Shown here piece by piece: positions 41,106 through 54,226 of a stretch of 64,000 bases of DNA. Source of the stretch: Felis catus (taxonomy: Eukaryota); assembly GCF_018350175.1 (NCBI RefSeq), contig NC_058368.1, forward strand, positions 148,678,001 to 148,742,000. The letters run 5' to 3'. The notes below the pieces were generated by a model, which saw nothing but the letters and a program-made list of their open reading frames with translations, had not been told where the DNA came from and made no database searches. Every line of letters starts with the position of its first letter. Positions within the stretch are counted from its first letter, which is position 1. The position numbers and the translations under genes are program-made.

Positions 41106-41809
41106 GCCATGACTAAGTGGGATTTATACCTGGGATGCAGGGCTGGTTCAATATCCACAAAACAATTAACGTGATTCATCACATCAATAAAGGAAAGGAC
41201 AAGATCCATATGATCCTCTCAATAGATGCAAAGAAAGCTTTTAACAAAATGCAGCATCCTTTCTTGATAAAAACCCTCAAGAATGTAGGGATAGAAGGAT
41301 CATATCTCTAGATCAGAAAAGCCGTATATGAACAACACAATGCTAATATCATCCTCAATGTGGAAAAACTAAGAGCCTTTCCCCAAAGGTCAGGAACAAG
41401 ACAGGGATGTCCACTCTCATCACTGTTACTCAACATAGTATTGGAAGACTTAGCCTCTGCAATCAGACATTACAAAGAAATACAAGTCATCCAAATTGGC
41501 CAGGTGGAGGTCAATCTTTCATTCTTCACAGATGACATGATACTCTATATGGAAAACCCTAAAGATTCCACCAAAAAATGGCTAGAAATGATTCATGAAT
41601 TCAGCAAAGCTGCAGGATATAAAATCAACACGCAGAAATCAGTTCCATTCCTATATACCAACAATGAAGCAACAGAAAGAGAAATCAAGGAATCGATCCC
41701 ATTTACAATTGCACCAAAACCATAAAATACCTAGGAATAAATCTAACCAAAGAGGTGAATAATATATACACTGAAACCTATAGAGAGCTTATGAAAGAAA
41801 TTGAAGAAG

Positions 41810-41841
<32 letters not shown>

Positions 41842-44520
41842 AAAAAGATTCCATGCTCCTGGATAGGAAGAACAAATATTGTTAAAACGTTGATACTACC
41901 CAAAGCAATCTACATATTCAATGCAATCCCTATCAAAATCAAAATAACACCAGCATTCTTCACAGAGCTAAAACAAATAATCCTAAAATTTGTGTGGAAC
42001 AAGAAAAGACCCCTAATAGCCAAAGCAGGCTTGAAACAGAAAACCAAAGCAGGATTCAAGCTATACTACAAAGCTGTAATCGTCAAGACAGTATGGTACT
42101 GGCACAAGAACAGACACTCAGATCAATGGAACAGAGTAGAGAACCCAGAAATGGACCCACAAACGTATGGCCAACTAATCTTTGACAAAGCAGGAAACAA
42201 TATCCAATAGAATAAAGACAGTCTCTTCAGCATATGGTACTGGGAAAACTGTACAGCGATATGCAGAAGAATGAATCTGGACCACTTTCTTAAATCAAAC
42301 ACAAAAATAAACTCAAAATGGATGAAAGACCTCAATATAAGACAGGAAGCCATCAAAATCCTCAAGGAGAAAGCAGGCAAAAACCTCTTTGATCTTGCCC
42401 GCAGCAACTTCTTACCCAACACGTCTCCAGACACAAGGGAAACAAAAGCAAAAATGAACTACTGGGACCTCATAAAAATAAAAAGCTTCTGCACAGCGAA
42501 GGAAACAATCAGCAAAACTAAAAGGCAACCAACATAATGGGAGAAGGTATTTGCAAATGACATATCAGATGAAGGGTTAGTATCCAAAATCTAGAAAGAA
42601 CTTACCAAATTCTACACCCAAAAAACAAATAATCCAGTGAAGAAATGGGGAAAAGATATGAATAGACACTTCTCCAAAGAAGACATCCAGATGGCCAACC
42701 TACACATGAAAAAATGCTCCATATCACCCATCATCAGGGAAATGCAAATCAAAACCACAATGAGATACCACCTTACACCTGTCAGAATGGCTAACATTAA
42801 CAACTCATAGTACAACAGATGTTGGCGAGGATGTGGAGAGAGAGGATCTTTTGCATTGCTGGTGGGAATGCAAGCTGGTGCAGCCACTCTGGAAAAACAG
42901 TATGGAGGTTCCTCAAAAAACTAAAAATAGAACTACCCTAGGATCCAGCAATTGCACTACTATGCTGGAGTGTAGCTCCACCAGGTCCAGGGGTTCCCGA
43001 AGAATGAACAGCGTCAACGAAAAAGTGAAAATAAAACAGAAATAAAAATGGACACAGACAACAGCACTGTGTTGGACTGTCCACTTTATTGTGGCAAACG
43101 TGGCATTATATTTGTTATAAATTTCCTTGTAGCGTGTGTCACCTATGTTTTCTGGCATTAGCTAATTCTAAAAATATTCCTATGTGTTATTCCTTTAAGG
43201 AATAACATGGTTATTTTCTCATAATGTTCCTTCCTGCCCTTTGCTTATTGATTAGTTTCTTACATTATTTTCTTCACGTATCTACGTTTATCTATAATCT
43301 ACAGAGCATTTGCTTTCTTGTTTTCATGAAATGTCATCTATCTCTCAACACCTCAAGTGGAACAGTTACAGGGACAGGACTTCTTAGTTGTTTTCCCAAA
43401 CCATTTGTGGTTTGAGGAACGAAAGTGTTCGCCTGGGTCCAAGGGGCCAAGAGGGGGCCAAGAGGGCCTCAGGAACCCATGCCTTGTGCATTCTCAGAGA
43501 GACAACGCACCTAGGAACTAATGAACCATTCTGTACTTTAACCCACTAGGTTCAATCATCATCTGGAATGCCTCCGGGGGGCCAAGTGGGCCTAGGGGTT
43601 GGAGTAACTTGTGCTGATAGATCCACTCCTTAGTTGCTGGAGTGGGGCTTTCAAGCCCATTTGTCTGCTCCTTGCTTGGGAAATATATGGGGCTATCTTT
43701 CCTTTAGGTAGAGGAGTCTTTATAGGGGGTGGCAAGGGCTAGATGTAGGGCTGCACAATTTCCTTGGAGAACCTTATTTTCTTTCCCCAATGGTTCTTTT
43801 CCCAGGGGGCCTGTCGAGGGCAATTTCCCCAACAGACAATTCACCAGGTACTTTTATTAAGGCCAAATTACCTGAAAGCGAGAGTACAAGAAGCTTCACT
43901 GTTGGTGAGCCGCCCTACAGTCCCTATCCGTCCACCACCCGGGCCCTGCCATCAGGCTGGTTGGATAGCTCGGCTTCCGGAACTACTAGGTATTTATCCA
44001 AGGGATGCTGGTGTCCTGTTTTGAAGGGACACATGCATGCCAATGTTAATAGCAGCATTATCAACTATAGCCAAAGTATGGAAAGAGCCCAAACGTCCAT
44101 CGATGGATGAATGGATAAAGATGTGGTGTATGTTTACACAATGGAGTATTACTTGGCAATCAAAAAGAATGAAATCTTGCCATTTGCAACTACATGGGTG
44201 GAACTGGAGGGTATTATGGTAAGTGAAATTATTCAGTCATAGAAAGACAAATATCATATGACTTGACTCATATGAGGGCTTTAAGAGACAAAACAGATGA
44301 ACATAAGGGAAGGGAAACAAAAATAATATAAAAACAGGGAGGGGGACAAAGCATCACAGACTGATAATTATGGAGAACAAACAGAGGGTTCCTGGAAAGG
44401 TTGTGGGAGGGAGGATGGGCTAAATGGGTAAGGGGCATTAAGGAATCTACTCCTGAAATAATTGCTGCACTATATGCTAACTAATTTGGATGTAAATTAA
44501 AAATAAAAAAATAAAAATAA
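41106..44520 (+). mobile_element. 5'-truncated felid L1 of a second lineage (distinct 3'UTR), interrupted by an LTR
   Basis: ORF2 fragments from 41117 ([10 protein letters not shown]) to ~44240; 3'UTR 'aaaacagggagggggacaaa...ggatgtaaattaaaaataaaa'; TSD aaagattggaaga (41093-41105) / aaatattggaaaa (44521-44533). Confidence 0.93.
42963..43982 (-). mobile_element. Solo LTR, class II (ERV-K/betaretrovirus-like), 1,020 bp
   Basis: Exact 6-bp TSD ctacta (42957-42962 / 43983-43988) splits the L1 sequence 'attgcactactaggtatttatcca'. Imperfect inverted ends tgctggag...cttccggaa. Minus-strand AATAAA at 43085-43090 with TATA-like motifs at 43105-43119. Confidence 0.85.
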
Positions 44521-47299
44521 AAATATTGGAAAAATAAAATAATGTAAAATCAAATTGTAAAAAAAAACTTTTTTTAAGCACAAAATTAGAGGACTTACAC
44601 TACCTGGTTTCAAAACTTATTTTTAAAATAAAAATTATTAAGGCAGCATAATGCGACTACAAAACAAGCAAATAGATAAATGGAAAAGAATAGGATACAG
44701 AAAAGGAACTACACATAGAGTCAATATAATTTTTTAGAAAGACTGAATTAAATTTAAGGGCAAACAGGAAATCTGAGTTTCCATATGGAATAAATGACCA
44801 GTGACTTCACTCAATATATAAAAACTTGATCTGTGGATGATAACAAACCCAAATGTAAAATCTGTAAGTTGAAGCTTTCAGAACAAAATAAAGAACACTA
44901 TTTTTGCAACTTGTTGGTAGGTCAAGATATTTTAGGCAGAGCACAAAAATACGAAACACAGAAGAGTAAATAAAAACTGTATTCCAGCATACATTTAAAA
45001 CTTTATTAATAAAAATACTCAATTAAAAAAAATTAAAAAGCAAGCCTTAAGGTTCTATTACATAGAGAAAGAGCTTTACAGCAAGATGGCTGGCTGGAAC
45101 ATCCAGACAAAGGAAACCTGAACACTGGGGTTAATACATTTCAAAAAAATCTGCACTCAAGTTTGATTTGAAAGGAACAAAGACACTCTCTTTAAGGGTG
45201 TCTTAAAGAGACAAACTTAGAAAATGAGGACTAATGTATCACTGTTGTTTGTATACCATAGCCCTTGTCCCAAAAGTTTGCTTTTTTTTAATTTTAATTT
45301 TTATTTTTTGTTCAGAACTCTGCATGCAACCTTCATTTCACCTCAGGTGATAGGCAAAATGAAGAAAATACCAAGAGCTGAATGTACATTTCCCACTAAC
45401 CTTTTGAAAACAAAATTATATATTTCTTGAACATCAGTGCTAACTGCTGCAAAATATATAGTTCCACACACATATTTACGAAAAATAATATGATTCCTAA
45501 TTTTTTGCCATGAGTGAAAACACAGCACTTTCACTATTATTTATATAGATTTTCCTTGAGATTCATTTTAACCTCATATCAACTGCATAGAAAATGTGTG
45601 AGGACAATGGCTTGATTTACACACTAGTCCATGCATCCCATGGATAGTTTGGAGAACTGAACCATTATATTGTCTGGTGATTTTCTTTTAAAAGAAAGCA
45701 ATAACTTTGAACTCTTGCTTCAGATAAGCACAAAATGTAAACATTCCAAAAACCATACATGAACTTAAATATTCAAATTGGTGTCAATGGCTGATATTAA
45801 CCTTTTTCTGAGGACTACACTTTTTTCATTGTGTAAGTTCACCAAACATAGAAAACAAGACAGTAAGGTTTCTGAAATGGAAGAAAAGGTAATATGTGAA
45901 CTTGGGGAAATTGTAAAAAAGTTACTGATTTTTGGTTTTCAGTTACTTCCAAACTTCTCCCCATATATTGATAAATAAATTATTAAAAATATTGAACCAG
46001 AAAAAGTAGCAAGAATTGTGAATTACCATAAAATAATTTATCTTCAATTATTAACACTTGGGAACTAGTTCAGAAAATATTCCTTTTATGCAGAACAAAA
46101 TAAAAAATATATATAGCAAAAGTAATTTTTGCTCTTTCCTAGCCTCTAGGCCTCATCTTTACTATTATATAGTTATATGTAAAACAAGATATATGTTAAA
46201 CTATTTGTAAAATATCTATAGGGCAACTAAGGTAATGAGTATGAATGTGTTCATGTTGAACATAGATTAAATCAAGTCTAGAATTTACCTACAAGAAATA
46301 AATAATATATATTAATATTATTTAATAAATAAATATATATATATATATATACACATTTTAATCATTGTCTTGAAAAGCTTTCTCATCTTAATTATCCTTT
46401 CATTTAATTATTTCTCTATCTGGTCTTATCATTTTATCTTAATGTATATTTCTATTAGAGTTGCCTAAAAATATTTGGATTATTTCTGTTGTCTATTAAA
46501 TAAAATCTAGGGAACTAGAAACCTTACCAAATTTTTAAAGTCCCCACTATGTGGTTTCCAGCTCTTTTTTTCCATCCTTATGTCATACTGCCCTTATATA
46601 CATGCATACATGTATACATACATTCCAGAAGGAAAAAAAAAAAGCTCAATTGTTTCCAGCTAGAAGGCAGATATTTATGTAAACCAACAATTCTACCATT
46701 ACAGTAGGAAAATACCATGTAATTTATGTAGTCAGAATTTTAAAAATTAAAGAACTGAATACAAACAGAGCTTACAGACATAAGGGATTGAGCTCCTTCT
46801 AGGTGAGTAGAGCAGAGCCTCCTTTTATTTCTGAAGACACTAGTGGACAGAAAAACAAACTTACCATAGGAAAGAAGGTACAAGAATGATAAGAAGATAC
46901 TTTGTAAAGGCAAGGAAGAGATGAACTTCCGTTAGAGCCAGTGTCCTTGAGAAAAGGCTAATGTCTCAAATTTCAAGCTTCCCCTATGAGATTTTGCTAT
47001 TATGTGTGAATTGGTGCACAGAAGGACAATTCAGAGAAATCTTTTAATTTTAAGGTGCTGTGATCCCAAGTCCGGCTAGAAGAAGTCCTCATTCCACCCA
47101 TGACGTAGGAACTCAGTACAGAACAGACACTAAATTCACATTGCAGCTGTGACTCAGTTCAATTTTTATTTTATTAAGTGGAAGAAATTCTGCCTCCAGA
47201 AATCTTGAGAAAAGTGTAAAACCCTATCAAAAGAAAATATTTTCTTCTCTGCTATTATATCATGCCAAATGTCTGGTGGATGTGAACTAGCAGGTAAAT

Positions 47300-48780
47300 G
47301 TGAACGATATTCAAAGAAAAATAAAACCTGACAGTAAAAGATGGCATGCAGGATTACCCAGGAAATGGTGGAAATTAAAAAAATGAATAAATAACACAGT
47401 GAATCAAAAAATACATAGGGAATTTCAGCATAGAAAGAGAAGTTTTAAATAACCAAATGAAATGAAACTTTTAGAAAACATATAATATTTCATATTAAAA
47501 ATCATTTGGGCATATTAGTAGATAAGGCAAAGAAAATATAAGTGACTTGTATGCAGATTGATAGAATCCAGCTAATTTAATAAACAAATTAAAGAAAAAA
47601 CAAAGAAAGAAAAATGGAGATGCAAACAAACATGAAAAGATGTCAAGATTCCAATCTACATGGCACTGGGTTTATAGAGAAAGAAAGAAAGAATGGGAGA
47701 AAAAGTTTTAAAGGCTATAATGTCTCAGGATTTTCCAAAATTAATTAATGATAATTACCCACAGATTCAAGAACAAGAGGAAAAAAAGGAAAAACATACT
47801 AAAAGCTGCTGAAAATCAAAGATAATCAAAATGTCTTTTAAAAAGCTAGAAACAAAAATAACAAATTACAATCAGAGATATCATCATCATCATCCAACAT
47901 TTTATTAGAAACAGTGAAAACCACATATAATGGACGATCACCTTTAAAGTTTGGAAAAGAAAAAAGGCCCAAGAAAAATATAATCACCTAGATAAAAATA
48001 TAATAACTTATATTATAATAACTCTTAAAAGTAAAACTAAATGATGACACAGGCACTTTCTTTGTTCTTGTTTAGAACCTGCAGAATTGTACCACAAGGA
48101 ATGATAAAAGTTTTTCAGGTTAAAAGAACATAATATCAGGTTGAAATATGAATTTACAATTCTATAAAGAGAAAAGGGGAACTAAAGAGAGTAAAGGTGT
48201 GGACCAAATTAAAGAGTATTTGACAATACATTGTAGAGAATACTGCCTACTGAAAACACGAGATAGAAATATATTGTAGAGTTCATAATTTAGAAGCAAA
48301 AGCAATTCTAAACTACCAAAAGAGAACTTAATTGATTCATTTAAGAGGAGAATGAAGGAGAAACAAACTAACAAAAAACAAGCAAGGAAGAAAATATCAG
48401 AGAAAAACAATTACATAATAGTAGACCTAAGGCCAACCATATCAGTGAAATATATATTTTTAAATGCCGTAAAATAAAACAAAAAATAAATAAAAAGTGT
48501 GCCTAAGACCTCAACAAGCATTTCATAGAAGAAATATTTTATCAAAATCATTAGAAATTATAAACTTCTTGTATATTAGAATTGCAAAACTAAAAAGAAT
48601 TATAAAATCAAATGTTGACAAGGATGCATTACAAATAAATGTTTACACATTAATTTTCAGCTTATAATATAGTACATTTAGAGAATGGTGTGATATGCTC
48701 TAAAAATTTTAAACTTAAACATTCACTTCAACCTAACAAGTTTATTACTTGATATATGCCCAAGAGGAATAAATGCAAAG
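47300..48780 (+). mobile_element. Ancient L1 (ORF1 region, start of ORF2, then a jump to the ORF2 3' end)
   Basis: A-rich degenerate ORF1 text ('ccacagattcaagaac', 'gctgctgaaaatcaaagataa') and ORF2-like pieces at ~48415 and ~48495-48780. Confidence 0.55.
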
Positions 48781-48829
48781 ATTCTCCCATAACAATCTGC
48801 CTCATTTTAATAATTTCACTGTACTTTCC

Positions 48830-49035
48830 AATTCCCATTTATTGTGTTTTGTTCTTCATAGCTCTTTAATCTGCTATTTAATATAGACATTTAGTGTTTG
48901 ATGTTAGTCTTCCCCAATAGAACATACTTTTTTTGAGCAAAGAATTTTTTCTCTTATATTCATAACTATATATCCAAAGCCTATAACAAAGCTTTACCCA
49001 TAGTACATGCTTTATTTTTATTGCAAGAATAAATG
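48830..49035 (+). mobile_element. L2 3' end
   Basis: 'gtcttccccaatagaacatac...tatccaaagcctataaca...catagtacatgc...gaataaatga'. Confidence 0.65.
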
Positions 49036-49085
49036 ATCCACAACATAGGCTTTGCTAATGTCATAATAAGTGTTAGAAATGGGTA

Positions 49086-49362
49086 TAGAGTTACCAGATA
49101 AAATAGAGGGCATCAATTAACTTCAAATTTCTGCTGAAACAGAGAATGAATTTTTAGGGTAAATATGCCCCAATTATTTCATAGGGCATATTTATATTTT
49201 CATTTTTGTTTTTTTATAGTTGTGTATTATTTGTACTATCTGATTATTATTTACTTTTTTAAATATTTTATCCAAGTTCCAGTTAGTTAACATACAGTGT
49301 AATAATAGTTTCAGGTGTATGATATAGGATGCCCATACTTTTGTTTGTTAAATATGACAACA
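49086..49362. mobile_element. MER53-like hAT MITE interrupted by a ~70-bp minus-strand L1 tail (~49255-49325)
   Basis: 'tagagttaccagataaaatagaggg...gttaaatatgacaac'; the insert reads 'ccagttagttaacatacagtgtaataatagtttcaggtgta'. Confidence 0.7.
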
Positions 49363-49684
49363 AAAATATCACTGGTGAAATGAGTAGCTTGTTACTCAGC
49401 ATCAAGGATTTTTTATGAGTGGACTTAATGACATTCAAAACTATGAATTACATAAAGTAAAAATTCCCTTTATCTTTGCATGAGAGAGTATGAGGATCCA
49501 GTGGACCAAGTAACTTGTTTATTTTGATTTTTTGTTTTTTGTTTTAATTCTAATAATTAGACATTCATGCAAATTTTAATCAGAAAACCCAAAGGAACAG
49601 AGAGCTGGGACTTGATGAAATCTTACCAGTAACAGTAGGTCATATGACTAAACCTGCCCACACAGACACAAAAAAGATTTCCTT

Positions 49685-49904
49685 GGAGCGCCTGGGTGGC
49701 GCAGTCGGTTAAGTGTCCGACTTCAGCCAGGTCATGATCTCACGGTCCGTGAGTTTGAGCCCCGCGTCAGGCTCTGGGCTGATGGCTCGGAGCCTGGAGC
49801 CTGTTTCCCATTCTGTGTCTCCCTCTCTCTCTGCCCCTCCCCTGTTCATGCTCTGTCTCTCTCTGTCCCAAAAATAAATAAAAAACTTTGAAAAAAAAAT
49901 TTAA
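49685..49904 (+). mobile_element. Young Can-SINE
   Basis: TSD aaaaaagatttcctt (49670-49684 / 49905-49919). Confidence 0.96.
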
Positions 49905-50745
49905 AAAAAAGATTTCCTTGTGTTACAAAATTTGGTCAGAAAATTGCTATTGTATATCTGAAAGCAAGATTATGGAAAAGCAATACTTTTAGCTGCACCT
50001 AATCATTTGTGTCAATCTTACCACCTAGAAAAATCTAATGGCTTTGTCTGTCCAAATTATTTTGAATCATTTTACAATGAAAAATGATTGCTCATCATCA
50101 CTATCAAACAATGGAGGGCAATGTATCAAACTACATAACATTCATTTATGTTGTATAATACCTAAAATACATTTAAGTAAAGTTCAGGATTTGTTTCACC
50201 AGATTTGAAAGAAATGGCATATTTGTCATAGATAAAGTATCTTTTCATATATTTATCTTTTTAAATTTAATTTTCTGCCAAATTAATTATCAGATTTTCT
50301 CTTTCACAGTGTAGTAAAAAGCAAAACAGTAATTTCTATACAACACAAACCCACATAACCTTATAAGTTGAGAGGAGAACCTTGATGGAATATGCTTCTG
50401 GGTACTATTTTACTTTAATTTTTAAAATGTACTTCTGCTTGTAGTCAAATGGGAAAATGCATTAAGAATGCATTCTGATCTATCTAGACTTTTTTTTACC
50501 CACTCCTGAATAGAAGCCCCAAAGCAAAATGCTTATAAAACATAAGAAATTAAGTAGAGCTATATGCTTTCGACCTTATCGAATGTTTGGCTCTAGGTAT
50601 AAAGGTAGGGCATTTCATTTTTTTTAACGAATTCACCATGTTTGAATATTCAGGACTATCCTAAGGCTCAATTTCCAATTTGGAATAATTTGGAATATAC
50701 ATTTTTGAGTCCATTTTTTACATTGGGAGCATCCTACAGTTGGCC

Positions 50746-51215
50746 TATTATGGGGCATAAACTTAGGAATCCCCTGAATTTACACCAATGGGTTAACAAG
50801 GCATAAAGAAATACAAAGTCATAAAACGCTCACACCCAAGTTTGGGTAAACCAGATTGGCACCCCAAGAATAGGGGGATTCAAAGGCACCTCGAGGATAG
50901 GGAGGTGCAAAGGTGCTAGGAATAGGGAGGTGACTACCCAACTCCCGGATTTTGTTTGGTATTAACCCAAACCCCTAACCACAAATATCCTCAAGACCCC
51001 CTTTCCCTCATGTCACAAGTTAATGATCACAGATTCATTGTCCCTTTGTGCATGTCCACCGCCAGTATGTAAGCCTTCTGATTCTAATAAAAACGGGGCA
51101 AGGACCCTTATTTGGGGCTCTTGTCTTTTTCCGGACATTAGGCTCTCTCACTTTCAATTCTGCATCCCGCTCTTTTGCTAGACAGTAGAGAACTTTAGAT
51201 CCAGAGTCTATGACA
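50746..51215 (+). mobile_element. Solo LTR (~470 bp, probably ERV1 class)
   Basis: GC-richer block, tattatggg...ctatgaca imperfect inverted ends, AATAAA at 51086-51091, U3-like short tandem repeats, flanking gcc(tat) direct repeat. Confidence 0.75.
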
Positions 51216-51668
51216 GCCTATATCTACAATTTGCTTTTCAATACTCAAAACACTTAACTGCTATATTTTATAGTGCTAAATATTTTATATTTTATAGTGC
51301 TAAAGACTATCAATAAATAGTTAAAAGAAATATTAATCTGAGGTAAAATTACCATGTAAAAAGAACTATAGTAAGTAAATGGGAGACACAATACTGGATT
51401 AAGCACTCTCAAACTGACATCTCAATTTAATTCAGCTGATACAAAATAAAAGGGCATAAGGAAATTAATGGTAATAATACAAAACCAAATTAATTATTAC
51501 CAATTTTAATCTCATACAAGATATATTTCTATCTATAAAATACATAATTTAACTAGTCTATACGAAATATAAGGTAGAACGTTAACCATGATCAACATAT
51601 ACCTTAAATATTCATATTGACATAAATTTAACTTGCTTTATTATTCATTCTAAATTCTTGTGAATTCT

Positions 51669-51750
51669 TTTTTTTTTAAGCTTATTTGTGAGAGAGAGCA
51701 AGAGCAAGGGAGGGGCAGATGCTTAACCAACTGAGCCACCCAGGCACCCC
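51669..51750 (-). mobile_element. Can-SINE with internal deletion
   Basis: Tail and GA tract join directly to the head ('ggggcaga|tgcttaaccaactgagccacccaggcacccc'). Confidence 0.85.
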
Positions 51751-52070
51751 AATTCTCATCTATTCTTAATCCTCATCTTGTATAATTTATTCACTTCAGA
51801 GAATTTATTATGAATGAGCAATCTTATAATAATATACTTGATCATTTATTTGACCACTTGAAAATTAAATTATCAAAATTGTACAATATTAAATCATCTT
51901 ACTAAACTAATTGTAAATATGGGACAAATGAACCTGAAGAACATCAACATAAAAAGGTTAAATCAAATTTATCAATATATAGAATGGTCTTATAATTCAT
52001 TAGGTTCCAAGACAATGCTAGTTAATTGAACCATAGGTGAATTCAACCATAGATGAATCATTCAACAAAT

Positions 52071-54226
52071 GAGGAGGAGAAGCCAAAATGGTGGAAAAGC
52101 ATGGAAGTTTTTTTTGCATCTCGCCCCCATGAAATACAGCCAGATCAACACTAAACCATCCTGCACACCTAGAAAACTGATATGAGGATTAACACAACAA
52201 TCTGCACAACCTGAACCACAGAACTCAGTAGGTACACAGTGTGGAGAGGTGAACTGGGAGAAAGAGAAGCCATCGAGGGCAGGGAGATGTTTTGTTTGTG
52301 GGGCAAGGACATATGGGGGGAGAGTAGTATAAAAGCACCCCCCAAAAGCAGCTGGAGACAAAGTGAACCGGACTGAATTAAAAAGGGAGAAAGGAGAAAG
52401 GGGAGGGTTTAAATTCCACTAACACTGTATAAACAGGGGGAGCACAGAGTCTAAAACTCCACAGCTCAATACCTGGTGGTGTTCCAGTGGGAAGAGCGAA
52501 CCCCCAGGAGCAGAGTGATGTCTGGGGGTCTTCAGGCCACATGGGGAGAGGCAGTTCACCTGCTGGGAGGACATTTAGCAGAGGCTGTACAGCCCCCCAC
52601 AGGCAAACCCCAGAGAACAACCATACTTGCTGGTGCTGGAACAAGGTCATTAGGGTGAAGCCTGGTGCCAGAATGTTGCCAGAATGAAGCCTGGTGCCAA
52701 TCCCATGAATGTCCCTAGGTGCAGCCAGCACCTGGCCGTTGCTCGGTAAGACCATCCCACAGAGGGTCAACACAGGTCAAACCTGCAGCCCCCCAGAAGT
52801 GAGGGGTAGGGAAACACAGCTGCATCTGATTTAAAACTCAGGAGGGAGGTGTTGCCTGGCAACCTGATGGCTTGGTCACAGACAGTGTAAAAGTAGGGAG
52901 TAGAAGGAAGCCAGAGACAAAAGACGGGCACACGATTGCTGATCGAGGAGAACAGAGTTCCCATACTAGAGACTGGATAGCTGGGTGATGCCATTTTCAC
53001 CCCTCCTGCACATGCACATACACACCTACAAGCGCCACAACAATCTAGCCCAGTAAGCTATGCAGAGCCATCTAGTGGAGAATGGATCCATTACACTAAT
53101 CCCTGACCAACTGGGCCAACCTCGCTCTTCAGGAACACCACAAATCTCTGTGTTTGCTTAGTTTATGGACTATAAAGTGCTTCATAGTTTAACTTCTAGG
53201 GGAAAACGATGTAATTTCAATTGTATTTCAGTCTATTTGCTGGTCATCCACCTATTCAATTTTTTTTCTGTTTTGTGTCTTTTCTTTTTCTTGAATACAG
53301 AAAGAAAAAAATTACTTTTATTTTCAATTTTTATTAAAAATACTTTTAATTTTTTCTACAATATTTTTTACTTTTTTGTAATTTTTTCAAATTTGATTTT
53401 ACTTTCATCATTTCATTTTATTCTATTTCATTGTATTAATTTTTCAAATTTTCAAATGCTTTCCTTTTTTTCTTCTTTTTATTTTTTTTGTTCCCCCTTT
53501 TATCTCTAATCTATCAACCTCCTTTAAACAACCAGACCAAAACACACCCAGGATCTAGCATCCTTCATTTGATTTTGGTGTGTGTGTGTGTATTGTTTTT
53601 GATTTTTTAATTTTAATTTTTTTAACCTTATTAATTCCTTTTCTTTATTCAAAATGACAAAATCAATGAATTCATCCCAAAAGAAAGAGCAGGAAGAAAC
53701 AATAGCCAGAGACTGAATCAACAAAGATAAAAGCAAGAGGTCTGAACCAGAATTTAGAATCATGATAATAAGAATACTAGCCTGGGTTGAAAATAGATTA
53801 GCATCCCTTTCTGCGGAGATAAAAGAAGTAAAAGCTAGTCAGGATGAAATAAAAAATGCTAAAACTGAGCTGCAGTCTTGAATGATTCCCACAGCGGCAA
53901 TGATGGATGAGGCAGAGCAGCAAATTGGTGATATAGAGGACAAACTTACAGAGAATAATGAAGCAGATAAAAGAGGGGGACTAAGGCAAAAGAGCACGAT
54001 TTAAGAATTAGAGAAATTGGTGACTCATTAAAAAAGAACATCAGAATCATAGGGGTCCCAGAAGATGAAGAGAGAGAAAAGAGGGTAGAATGGTTTTGTG
54101 AACAAATCATTGCGTAAAACTTTCTTAACCTGGGGAAAGACACAGACATCCAAGTCCAGGAAGCACAGAGGACTCCCATCAGATTCAACAAAAACCAACC
54201 ATCAAGAAGGCATATCATAGTCAAAT
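52071..54226 (+). mobile_element. 3'-truncated L1: ~1.6-kb 5'UTR plus N-terminal half of ORF1 (ATG 53654)
   Basis: Starts 'gaggaggagaagccaaaatggtgg'; ORF1 'atgacaaaatcaatgaattcatcccaaaag' runs to the RHIIVK motif and stops abruptly; no ORF2 or poly(A). Confidence 0.9.

Larger units (their letters stand above)
40911..45045 (+). mobile_element. Old L1 ORF2 segment (40911-41105, resuming ~44534-45045) that hosts the younger L1
   Basis: Encodes degenerate ...YLGINL.KEVK.L...CSKIGR, then resumes with INIVK-like and GLTLPGFK-like sequence after the insertion. Confidence 0.7.

Noticed and set aside
43100..43982. Possible MMTV sag-like ORF in the long U3 of the solo LTR
   Set aside because: The ORF track shows no minus-strand ORF of 60 aa or more within U3, and the plus-strand ORFs run into L1 and resemble nothing I recognise.
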